Shown here: one piece after another, positions 54,945 through 64,000 of the stretch
Numbering within the stretch: the first letter of the stretch is position 1
Layout: every line of letters begins with the position of its first letter
NCBI GenBank assembly: GCA_963833465.1
Contig: CAWHXW010000001.1
Coordinates: 24,972-88,971, forward strand
Source of the DNA: Ignavibacteriota bacterium
Lineage (GTDB): Bacteria; Bacteroidota; Ignavibacteria; UBA10030
DNA length: 64,000 nt
Direction of reading: 5' to 3'
Position numbers and translations under genes: made by a program
The notes under the pieces: model-generated
What the model saw: the letters and a program-made list of their open reading frames with translations, nothing else
Database searches by the model: none
Told to the model about the DNA's origin: nothing

Positions 54945-56031
54945 TTACCTTTTCCCCATTAATAAAACAGCATTCTGATCAACATCTCCTACCGCAATCA
55001 CTGTGTTGCCGCGAATAGCAACACGAGAATATGATCCGTATCCGTTTGGGAGTTGATTTACATAGTCGTACCACGTTGAGCCGTTATAATGGACAACGTC
55101 GAGATAACCACCAGTGACGAATATATCGTTAAGAGCTGCCCCTCGGATTCCACCGGCTTCAAATTGTGTGACAGTACCAATAGAAATATTGCTCCAAATA
55201 GGATTTACTGATGAATTCGTTGAAATGATTCCATCACCAACTAAGTAATACTTTTCTTCCGGTACAAACCAGAGACTAAAATACACTTTGGCAAGCGTCG
55301 TAATAAGAGAGACTGATGTTCCTTGAATAAGCAGGAGTTGGGATTGAGACGGCAATGAATCTACTTGTGTTGCAAGAGCTAAAATTTCCAACTGACCTGT
55401 TCTCGAATCTGTCGCTCCATAAATATCTGTAATATCCAATTGCGTCGGACTCGATAGCTTCTGCCAGTTTGTACCGTCGAAGTGAGCAATAGCACCTTTT
55501 CTTCCTACTGCATATATATTATTGTCCGATGTACCCCATATCTTTTTGTACGAACTGACCCGGTCCTAAGAGAGTATTATTTGGCTTGATTGCGGATGGA
55601 GAAATCCAATAAGATTGTGTAATTATATTACCATCGAATTTATGTACGCCAGTGCCATCTGCAAGCCAAATATCTGTTGGACTGAATACCATAATTCCTG
55701 TCCAACCTAAAAAATATGCATTTCCTATTTCGTCATTTGCCATAAGCTTAATTAATTTCCAACTAACTCCATTCCAATGAGCCGCGTTATATATTGAATC
55801 TGGAAGTTGTATCTCTCCTACTGCCCAGATATTTGTGTCGCTCAGAATTGCAACATCTTGTAAATACGAACTTCCGCCTCCGCCCCACGTAAATTGCTGA
55901 AACACAAATGCATGGCTCGTGGTATCGTTTGCAGGAGACGGCGGTGCAACAGGGTTTTTCTTGCAATCGAGATTTAAAAATAACACACATAAGCAAACAG
56001 CAAAGAGAATAGATTGAGAATACTTCTTCAT
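54945..56031 (-). CDS. beta-propeller lipoprotein, tandem paralog 3 (frame broken at T-run 55543-55547)
   Basis: ORF 55519-56031 has the lipoprotein signal MKKYSQSILFAVCLCVLFLNLDC. ORF 54945-55439 is the C-terminal half. The correct frame across the gap reads …IWGTSDNNIYAVGRKGAIAHFDGTNWQKL…. Confidence 0.65.
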
Positions 56032-56093
56032 ACAGAGACCTCAAGAGATATAATGGCTGGTATAATGTGCATAAAATATTTATTTATCTGTTT

Positions 56094-56125
56094 CCAAGCA
56101 ATCATGCAAATGCGTGGTTTTTGAT
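56094..56125 (-). promoter_or_regulatory. degenerate third copy of the operator
   Basis: caaTCATGCAAATGCGTGGttttt, about 70 bp upstream of the paralog 3 start. Confidence 0.3.
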
Positions 56126-57067
56126 TTTCGGTTTTTTCCCTTTGTTACTGTTTTCGCCCTATCGTAATAACAGCTTGAGGCAGTCAAAAAAATAGGTTCC
56201 GGATAATAGCTCCAATATCCTGTAATTGTCCCGCCTATACTATTGCCACCACCATTCACTGAATTTGTTATAGTTGTAACACCTCCCAAATTACTGCCAG
56301 TTTCCAAGCGAACCTCAAGTCCTATTCCACAGGGAATGTTAACGGTAGCAGGATCATTACTGATTGATGTTATAAATACCTCTGGCGTTCCTAAAACAAT
56401 CGCTACAGCTACGCCTTGTGATGCTGCGATGTATCCTGATGCAGTAATTTGACAGGGTCACTGTACGATAAATAATGGACTGCCATTATTTTGATCAACT
56501 CCACTCATTATAAAGAAAGGCTCATCTGAACTTGAGCTAGATGCATTAAAAGTTTTTATCTCCCAAATCGGTTTTATCTCTACCCGCTCTTTAATTTTAA
56601 CTCCCGTCTGAGCGTTTAGAATATTAGAAATTATAAAAAGAATTCCGAGAAATGAAAGTCTGAATACATGGTTTATGCCTATAGGTATCTTGTTATCCCC
56701 AATAATAGTATAGTATTGTAGTATGGTAAATCACAAGAAATGAACGCAAGTAAAATACAACCAGCGGGGGACAATGTCAAGTCCAGGCGGTGAATGTCAA
56801 ATGATTTTTAAAGAAAATAATAAAATCACAATTTGCCTTTCATTAGATACTCGATTGCCAAATATATTGCTGTTCACACTGCATTTATCAAAGTTTTAAA
56901 CATTCTGCTTTTCTTAAATCAGCTTCCAATTGTAGAATTTTCACCTCTAAAATTTCTTACAACTGCGTTTCTGTGCTGAAATCAATGATACTGTTACGGT
57001 ACTCGCATTGTGCCATTTTCTATAAGAAATCATAAAGGAGTGAGACAAAAATCTCAAGGAGGATACA

Positions 57068-59074
57068 ATGGAAGCAGCATCAAGTGGTGTCAATATAATT
57101 CCGTTCGTTCCGTCAGCCGCAACAATACAAATGCCGGTAAAACAATCTAACAAACAAATATTTTTAAATAACGGTACACGGAATGCCACAAAGATTCTTT
57201 TATCCATCTGGGAAAATTCGGATGAAGGAATGAGATTGACGGATAGCAAAGGTATTATTGTGGCTGCAAATCCAACATATTGCCGGCTTGTAGGTAAAAC
57301 ATCTGAAGAACTTATCGGTTGCCTATTTACCAGCGTTCACGCTGACGTGGAAAACTTTGAAAAGATGGCGCACACTTATGAATCACATTTCATTGAGCGC
57401 AGAGCAGAACTGCAATCCGAACGAAGATTTGTACTTTGGACGAACGACACTATCAACGTTGAAATAAATGATTCATATGTAGAAACAGATGATGGACACA
57501 TGTTAATGCTTTCGCGATTTCGCGATATTGCGATAGAAAAGCTTACCCAGAATGCCCTTACCGAAAGCGAATCGAAGTATCGCGGCCTCTTTGCAAATTC
57601 TGTGATGCCGATGTTTCAAAGTACTGTCGAAGGAAAATTAGTGAATGCTAACCGTGCTATGCTTAAACTACTCGGGTACAACAATTTCTATGAACTTGCA
57701 GAACTTGAAATCGCTCGCGACATATATGCTCAATCAGATGAACGCAAAGCTGTAACAGAGGCATTGCACAGAAAAGGATATGTGGTCAATGCAGAACTGA
57801 CATTAAAAAGAAAAAACGGAAAAATTCTTACTGTGCTGGAAAACGCACGCACCTTATATGATGAAAACGGAAAAGTTATCGGCTATGAAGGCATCTTGGA
57901 AGATATCACTGCACGTAAGTCTATGGAAAAGAAATTGCAGGAATATGTTTGGGCGCTCGAAAAATCCAAGAGCGCACTAACCGAATTAAATGCACAAAAA
58001 GACAAACTATTTTCAATTCTTTCACATGATCTTCGATCTCCATTCAGCAGTATTTTGGGGTTTTGCGATATTCTTTTAAAAGAAAATGAACAACTCACAA
58101 ATGAGGACAGATTGCAGTTTATAGCATATATACAGGAAGCGGCACAGGATCAACTTGCATTAGTGAATAAGCTTCTCGATTGGTCGCGTTTAGAATCCGG
58201 TCATGCTCGAATTGAACAGACAGAGATCGACATACAAGACATTGTCAAAAAGAGTATTAATTCTTTATTAGGAATGGCACATCAAAAACAAGTGAAACTG
58301 CAGACGACATTACCTGCTAATATAGCTGTACGCGGAGATAGATATATGCTGGGTCAAGTATTCGGGAATCTCATTGGAAACTCGCTCAAGTTCACACCGG
58401 CAGGTGGTGCAATCACGATAGAGCTAATCAAAGAACAAAGCGACCAGTGGGTGATCGGAGTTCGCGATACAGGTATTGGCATACCTGAAGAAGATTTGCA
58501 CAAGCTTTTCAAGATCGAAGAGAAATATACACGCAAAGGATTGCAGGGTGAAAAAGGGACAGGATTAGGTTTACCGATTGTTCATGAAATCATTTTGAAG
58601 CATAACGGAACGATTGACGTTAAAAGTCATTTTGGTGCAGGAACCATCTTTTCAATTACACTCCCTAAAAGTCGGCCTCAAACAAATGAAAACATTCTTG
58701 TAGTCGATGATGAACAGGGGATGCGTATGCTCCACACACGATATATCAAACGAGTACTCCCGGATGCAAATGTATTGCACGCGTCGAACGGTGCGGAGGC
58801 ATTGCAGCTTGCACGTGAGTTTAATCCGAAAGTAATTATTTCTGATAACGATATGCCGGACGTTGATGGTAAAGATTTAGTTCGCAATTTAAAATTAGAT
58901 CCGATGACAGCCAACATTCCAATCATTATAGTCACCGGACACGATTCGGATGCAAATCGCGAAGCTCTTAAACAGTATGGAGCAGCTGCTATATTAACTA
59001 AACCAATTACATCTGAACAACTTTTAGATATTATAAAAAATATAGAAACTTGTGAGATTAATATAGCTGTTTGA
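57068..59074 (+). CDS. hybrid sensor histidine kinase/response regulator with PAS domains
   Basis: 668 aa. PAS segments, HisKA LSHDLRSPFSSILGF, HATPase (GTGLGL), and a C-terminal receiver with …LVVDDEQGMR… and …ISDNDMPDVDG…. Confidence 0.85.
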   Translation: MEAASSGVNIIPFVPSAATIQMPVKQSNKQIFLNNGTRNATKILLSIWENSDEGMRLTDSKGIIVAANPTYCRLVGKTSEELIGCLFTSVHADVENFEKMAHTYESHFIERRAELQSERRFVLWTNDTINVEINDSYVETDDGHMLMLSRFRDIAIEKLTQNALTESESKYRGLFANSVMPMFQSTVEGKLVNANRAMLKLLGYNNFYELAELEIARDIYAQSDERKAVTEALHRKGYVVNAELTLKRKNGKILTVLENARTLYDENGKVIGYEGILEDITARKSMEKKLQEYVWALEKSKSALTELNAQKDKLFSILSHDLRSPFSSILGFCDILLKENEQLTNEDRLQFIAYIQEAAQDQLALVNKLLDWSRLESGHARIEQTEIDIQDIVKKSINSLLGMAHQKQVKLQTTLPANIAVRGDRYMLGQVFGNLIGNSLKFTPAGGAITIELIKEQSDQWVIGVRDTGIGIPEEDLHKLFKIEEKYTRKGLQGEKGTGLGLPIVHEIILKHNGTIDVKSHFGAGTIFSITLPKSRPQTNENILVVDDEQGMRMLHTRYIKRVLPDANVLHASNGAEALQLAREFNPKVIISDNDMPDVDGKDLVRNLKLDPMTANIPIIIVTGHDSDANREALKQYGAAAILTKPITSEQLLDIIKNIETCEINIAV

Positions 59075-59093
59075 ATTAAAAATCTTCTTCTCA

Positions 59094-59145
59094 GGCCTTT
59101 CCACGGATGCTTCCTCAAGAATGATCTTGAACTGTGGAAAGGTCC
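59094..59145. terminator. long hairpin between convergent genes (bidirectional terminator candidate)
   Basis: ggcctttccac…gtggaaaggtcc, an 11-bp stem with 1 mismatch. Confidence 0.45.
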
Positions 59146-59271
59146 CTCCTTAAATATTCAAAAAAAGATTGAAATTGCTTCGGTAGTTCAAATCCAGACA
59201 ATTTTTAAACAACCTGAAAATATTCTTCAATGAAGCGAAGACTTTTTAAATATCTCACATATAAAAACAGT

Positions 59272-59976
59272 CTAATTTAGGCGCAGAAGATTTGTTGCCG
59301 GAAGAAACCATGTATAAAGCAACCAAAGGGAGAAACCAACAGAGAGAGGAATCGAAATATTATCGTCAATCTTGACAGGGAGTGCTTCTACAATAGTTCC
59401 GATTATCGAAGCAATGATTCCGATAAAGTATTCCATTGGAATATTTTCGATCTTTGGTGCAACAAGAATTACAAGAACAGCAGAGATAAAGAAAGCCAGA
59501 GAGCCCTCAAAACTTTTGGCAAGAAAACGATGTTTGCCGTATCGCCTGCCAATGAGTGCAGAAGTCGTATCTGAAATTATTAAAATAGTAAAAGCGCTAA
59601 TGGATATAACTTTGGGAAACAATAAAACGCATAGCAGCGCTGAGACAAGCACATTTGAAGCACCGTTTAATCTCTTTTTATTGATATCGGTTTCGTGCCG
59701 CCTTAGAAGCCATCCAAACCATTTATAAAACCATCGCGCAACAGATTGAATATAGTACCGTGCTATATCGATACTAATGAATGCTGCTGTAATTGGCACA
59801 AGCAGAAAAAGTGCCATTTGCTTAGATATAAAAAAATAAATAATTGGGATACAAAGAGAAAAAAGATGAATTGACTTCCGTACCAATTCATACTTGTATT
59901 CGATGGTTGCGGAGTGATTTAATTGGTTTATCTCGTTACCATGCAAACTGAATTTCTCCTTAGTAACGTAAATCAC
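59272..59976 (-). CDS. CTP-transferase-1 family membrane protein (CdsA/dolichol-kinase/phytol-kinase-like)
   Basis: 234 aa, six or more TM helices. C-terminal …ISDTTSALIGRRYGKHRF…KSFEGSLAFF… resembles the CdsA/Sec59 family motif. Confidence 0.5.
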   Translation of the reverse strand: MIYVTKEKFSLHGNEINQLNHSATIEYKYELVRKSIHLFSLCIPIIYFFISKQMALFLLVPITAAFISIDIARYYIQSVARWFYKWFGWLLRRHETDINKKRLNGASNVLVSALLCVLLFPKVISISAFTILIISDTTSALIGRRYGKHRFLAKSFEGSLAFFISAVLVILVAPKIENIPMEYFIGIIASIIGTIVEALPVKIDDNISIPLSVGFSLWLLYTWFLPATNLLRLN

Positions 59977-60045
59977 TATGGTTTTTTCTCATCACTTATT
60001 GTGGGAGACACCGGCTCACTTGCCTTTGCCCGTGCAGGCTTAATT

Positions 60046-62112
60046 TCAGAATACTTCTTTTTGAAGAGCTGATGTTCCATTTATATGTTTGCCGACAGGC
60101 GGCAATTCTTCCCCGTGAATAATTTTATCTATTTCTTCGGAGTCAAGGATTTCACGCTCAAGCAATGCATTTGCCAGGCGATGAAGAATCTTCGAGTTTT
60201 CTTTAAGAATTTTATCAGCACGTTTCATTGCCTTTGTCACAATTAATCGTACTTCAGCATCTATGGCAATTGCTGTGTTTTCACTGAAGTTGCGGGTTTT
60301 AGTAATTTCGCGGCCGAGAAAGAGTTCTTCTTCTTTCGCGCCATAAGATAATGGACCAAGTTTTTCGCTCATACCCCATTCGCACACCATTTTTCTTGCA
60401 AGTTCCGTAGCACGTTCAATATCATTACCTGCACCGGTCGTGAATTGATTAAAAACGAGCTTCTCTGCTGCGCGCCCGCCAAGCATATAGGTAATCATAG
60501 CTTCGAGATACTCACGCGAATAAGAATGCTTTTCGTCAATCGGCAAATATGTCGTTACACCAAGTGCACGGCCTCGCGGTATAATCGTTACTTTATGTAC
60601 GGGGTCGGCTTCCGGTAAAAATCGCGCTACGAGCACATGACCCGATTCATGATACGATGTCGTTTTCTTTTCTCGATCGGAAATGATCATGCTTTTTCGT
60701 TCCGTTCCCATCATCACTTTATCTTTTGCCTCTTCAAAATGATGCATAGCAACGACCTTACTGTTTTGTCGTGCAGCAAGCAGCGCAGCTTCGTTCACAA
60801 GATTTGCAATATCCGCACCTGATAAACCTGGCGTTCCTTTTGCCAGCACTTCCAATTTTACATCTTGATCAAGTGGAATATTCTTCGTATGAACGATAAA
60901 AATTCCTTCTCGTCCCTTTACATCCGGACGATCTACAACAACCTGTCGATCAAATCTTCCGGGACGCAGCAAAGCCGGATCAAGAACATCCGGCCGGTTT
61001 GTTGCGGCAATAATGATGACACCAGTATTTTGTTCAAAGCCATCCATTTCAACAAGCAACTGATTGAGAGTCTGTTCACGTTCATCGTGACCGCCGCCAA
61101 TTCCGGCGCCACGGTGGCGGCCAACAGCATCAATTTCATCTATAAAAATAATACATGGGGCGCTTCGTTTCCCTTGCTCGAATAAATCTCGAACGCGGCT
61201 TGCACCTACACCGACAAACATTTCCACAAAGTCCGCTCCGCTGATGGAAAAGAACGGAACACCAGCTTCTCCGGCAACTGCGCGCGCCATTAAAGTTTTA
61301 CCTGTGCCTGGAGGTCCAAGCAGCAAAACTCCTTTAGGGATCTTTCCACCCAACCGCTGGAATTTTGTCGGCTCTCGCAAAAATTCGATAATTTCCTGCA
61401 ATTCAACTTTCGCTTCATCGGCGCCGGCAACATTTGCAAATGTAACTTGCGTTAATCCTTCCGTCAACAATTTCGCGCGGCTTTTCCCAAACGAGAATAA
61501 GCCCTTTGCTCCGCCGCCCGCACCGCCGCTTTGCATCCGCCGGAAAATGAATAACCAAATTCCGATTAGTAAAACCCATGGCAGAATACTGATTGCAGCA
61601 TTTAACCAGGTGTTGTCTTCTTTTTCTACGCGAAACTTTAATCCTTTTGCCAACCAGTTATTGATGAGTGATTCATCAAGATTAGTATAAGGAAGTGTCA
61701 GTGTTATACGCGAAGCATTTCGAGCTGTTTTACCGTTAGCAGTCTGGATATCCATAGGTTCTTTTAATTTCCCATGAAAATCAAATATTGCATAACCGTT
61801 AATTTTCACTGCTGCATCGCTGAACTTCTGATCGTTCAATAGCTGCTGGAAGGTTGTAAAGTTGACTTCATATTCAGTCTCTTCGTTAGTACGAAACACC
61901 CACATAAAAAGAAAAACCGCAAATAAAATAGCAACCCAGCTTAAAATTACTTTTCCAAATTTTCCCCAGGGTGAATTTTCTTCATTTATCTTTTTTAACT
62001 GCCGCTTGGGAAAACGGGGAGGAATTGCACGCTTTTTCTGAGGTGCGTTTTGTTCATTTTCATCTTTGTTTTCTTTTTGTATATCACTGCTCATTTCAAA
62101 CTCCATTATCAT
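60046..62112 (-). CDS. ftsH: ATP-dependent zinc metalloprotease FtsH
   Basis: 688 aa. AAA Walker [17 protein letters not shown] zinc site. Confidence 0.95.
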   Translation of the reverse strand: MIMEFEMSSDIQKENKDENEQNAPQKKRAIPPRFPKRQLKKINEENSPWGKFGKVILSWVAILFAVFLFMWVFRTNEETEYEVNFTTFQQLLNDQKFSDAAVKINGYAIFDFHGKLKEPMDIQTANGKTARNASRITLTLPYTNLDESLINNWLAKGLKFRVEKEDNTWLNAAISILPWVLLIGIWLFIFRRMQSGGAGGGAKGLFSFGKSRAKLLTEGLTQVTFANVAGADEAKVELQEIIEFLREPTKFQRLGGKIPKGVLLLGPPGTGKTLMARAVAGEAGVPFFSISGADFVEMFVGVGASRVRDLFEQGKRSAPCIIFIDEIDAVGRHRGAGIGGGHDEREQTLNQLLVEMDGFEQNTGVIIIAATNRPDVLDPALLRPGRFDRQVVVDRPDVKGREGIFIVHTKNIPLDQDVKLEVLAKGTPGLSGADIANLVNEAALLAARQNSKVVAMHHFEEAKDKVMMGTERKSMIISDREKKTTSYHESGHVLVARFLPEADPVHKVTIIPRGRALGVTTYLPIDEKHSYSREYLEAMITYMLGGRAAEKLVFNQFTTGAGNDIERATELARKMVCEWGMSEKLGPLSYGAKEEELFLGREITKTRNFSENTAIAIDAEVRLIVTKAMKRADKILKENSKILHRLANALLEREILDSEEIDKIIHGEELPPVGKHINGTSALQKEVF

Positions 62113-62120
62113 TAAGCCAC

Positions 62121-62684
62121 TTACTCCGGTTCGATATTCCTTTCCAAAGTAAGCCTATAAATTGACTTTAAGTTACGAACTTTTTGCGCGTAGTCCAAGC
62201 CATAGCCAATAACGAAATCCGGTGGGATCTCAAAACCGGTATAATTGACAGGGAAATCGATTTTCAGATTATCTTTTTTTAATAACAATGAAACGAACTT
62301 CAATGATGTTGGATTCTCTTTTTCTATAATTTTCTTAATGAATGCAATTGACAATCCAGAATCGATAATATCTTCCACCACAAGTATATCCCGCCCCATA
62401 ACCTCACAACTCAAGTTCTTCAATAGTTTCACTTGTCCGGATGAGATTTTGGCATCTCCATAACTGGAAAGTTTAAGGAAATCTATTTCACAATCAATAG
62501 TAATTTTGCGAATAAGATCCGCAAGAAAAATAAACGAGCCATTCAAAATACCGATAAACACTGGTGTCTTCCCTGCATAATCGGCGTCGATAATTGCGGC
62601 AAGCTCCGTAATTCGTTTTCGGATTTGTTCTTCAGATATGAAGGGTTCAAATTTATCGTCGTTAATTCTAATAAATTCAGTCAT
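62121..62684 (-). CDS. hpt: hypoxanthine phosphoribosyltransferase
   Basis: 187 aa. PRPP-binding motif [13 protein letters not shown]. Confidence 0.9.
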   Translation of the reverse strand: MTEFIRINDDKFEPFISEEQIRKRITELAAIIDADYAGKTPVFIGILNGSFIFLADLIRKITIDCEIDFLKLSSYGDAKISSGQVKLLKNLSCEVMGRDILVVEDIIDSGLSIAFIKKIIEKENPTSLKFVSLLLKKDNLKIDFPVNYTGFEIPPDFVIGYGLDYAQKVRNLKSIYRLTLERNIEPE

Positions 62685-64000
62685 GACAAACTACTGCTAA
62701 TGATTTACAAGAAAGCCGAATCGCTGTTCGTGTTTGACCTGTCAATTTGAATCGATCGTCTAGCCGCTTTCCGCAGATCCAAACGATATTGCCGTCAGAC
62801 TCTAAGATGGGAATGAAAGATTTTTGATATCGCGGTACTTTTTGATCTGTAAAGAAATCACTCAACTTCTTCTTAGTTTTCATGCCGAGCGGAATAAACC
62901 AATCACCTGCGTGCCATGGGCGCAGAATAAGGTGTTTACCTAATCTCTCGGCATCTATAAACTCAATTCCACATGTTCCAGTATATGCAGATGGTACTTT
63001 TTCCGGTGTGCTGATAGAGACAAGATAATTTTTATAGTCATAGCTTTTACCAAGCTCTACTTGTTTAACATTTTCTTGTTCGTCATCTGTAATTTTAAAA
63101 ACGATATAATCTCGATTGCGGCATGCGAGAAATCTGTCGCCTAATTCCACAATTCGCCCGGTTGGTTGAAAGCAAAGCCGGCGAAGCGCATTGACTTTTT
63201 TCTCTGTTGGTTCAACATTCATCCGATTAAGAATATCAATAAATAATTCATTCCATAGAAAGTTGGGTTCCAATTTCATTTTTTTTACATTCAACGTCAA
63301 ATGTTTATGCAAATCTTTTCGTGTGATCAAAGATATTTTCTTTTTAACAATGCCTTGCATTTTATTATTCACATCCAGCATAATATCGGCAACATTATTC
63401 AATGTCTGAATAATGTCAGGATTGCGTTTCTGTAAAACTGGAAGAATGCTATGCCGCAGTTCATTCCTTCGATATACAAGCGAACGATTTGATGAATCGT
63501 TCCTATACTTGATACCCTGATCTATTGCATATGCTTCAATCTCTTTTCGCGTTGCAAAAAGTAACGGGCGAATAATACAACCTAATTTTCGTTTTGGAGG
63601 AATCCCGGCCAAGCCATGGATACCGGTTCCCCGCATAATATTAAGAAGCACTGTTTCTGCATTATCATCTGCATGATGTGCGGTTGCAACTGTACAAGCA
63701 TTAGTCTTTAATCTAATTTGCTCAAAGTAATTATATCGCAGAATGCGCGCAGCAAGCTGTTTAGAAAATCCAAATTTGTGCGCGAAGTGGCTTACATCAA
63801 CTCGCTCAAAAAAGAACGGAATATTGTGATAAACCGACACTTCATTGACGAATTTTTCATCTTCTAAAGATTCTTCACCGCGCAATTGATGGTTGACATG
63901 AATAACTGAAAGATGTAATTTTATTTTATCGCTCAATTTTAAAAATAAATTAAACATAACCATTGAATCAATACCACCACTTACAGCAAGAAGCAATGAT
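62677..64000 (-). CDS. tilS: tRNA(Ile)-lysidine synthetase (probably 5'-truncated by window end)
   Basis: LLAVSGGIDSMV PP-loop at the extreme N-terminus of the ORF. The ORF starts at a TTG 4 nt from the window edge. Confidence 0.8.
   Translation of the reverse strand, partial: SLLLAVSGGIDSMVMFNLFLKLSDKIKLHLSVIHVNHQLRGEESLEDEKFVNEVSVYHNIPFFFERVDVSHFAHKFGFSKQLAARILRYNYFEQIRLKTNACTVATAHHADDNAETVLLNIMRGTGIHGLAGIPPKRKLGCIIRPLLFATRKEIEAYAIDQGIKYRNDSSNRSLVYRRNELRHSILPVLQKRNPDIIQTLNNVADIMLDVNNKMQGIVKKKISLITRKDLHKHLTLNVKKMKLEPNFLWNELFIDILNRMNVEPTEKKVNALRRLCFQPTGRIVELGDRFLACRNRDYIVFKITDDEQENVKQVELGKSYDYKNYLVSISTPEKVPSAYTGTCGIEFIDAERLGKHLILRPWHAGDWFIPLGMKTKKKLSDFFTDQKVPRYQKSFIPILESDGNIVWICGKRLDDRFKLTGQTRTAIRLSCKSLAVVCHD

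Noticed and set aside
56243-56452. 69-aa plus-strand ORF
   Set aside because: Antisense to the more extended minus-strand frame in the same interval, with no signal or motif. Considered noise.

Overview
The window is AT-rich, densely coding chromosomal DNA from an FCB-group bacterium, probably Ignavibacteria/Bacteroidota-like, because several proteins carry type IX secretion (T9SS) C-terminal sorting domains. Most genes are housekeeping: pfkA (5' end only), tatD, ubiE, recG, plsC, gatC, kdsB, pyrG, cspA, pepO, tRNA-Arg(TCT), dapD, rfbD, serS, two ABC exporter genes, ftsH, hpt and tilS. No CRISPR array or rRNA gene is present, and no intact mobile element was recognised. Several regions stand out.
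- 12.6-16.5 kb: a compact four-gene minus-strand operon with its own terminator, encoding two tandem D-Ala-D-Ala-ligase-family ATP-grasp ligases, a small GNAT acetyltransferase and lysine 2,3-aminomutase (KamA). I predict a beta-lysine-derived acetylated or peptidyl small-molecule pathway. Lysine-biosynthesis genes (dapD, a lysA-like decarboxylase) lie elsewhere in the window.
- 47.0-56.1 kb: a roughly 1,490-aa T9SS cargo protein (BNR/Asp-box repeats, parallel beta-helix, TPR, T9SS CTD) followed by a tandem array of at least three paralogous beta-propeller lipoproteins plus a degenerate fourth copy. Each copy is preceded by the same palindrome, TCACG-N6-CGTGA, placed at about -44 and abutting a TTGACA-like -35 element, so I read it as a shared class-II-type operator.
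- At least five ORF pairs are split by 1-nt indels at short homopolymers (serS, a PfkB kinase, the giant adhesin, two lipoprotein paralogs). Because serS is essential, these are most likely sequencing errors rather than pseudogenes.
- Other oddities: a four-helix-bundle protein gene wedged between the two ABC exporter genes; a GC-rich stretch of gene fragments at 46.3-47.0 kb (orphan T9SS CTD plus a split XRE-type HTH ORF); an outer-membrane beta-barrel with an N-terminal ComEA-like helix-hairpin-helix domain; a long GC-rich cspA leader; and a periplasmic HEAT-repeat cyclophilin fusion.
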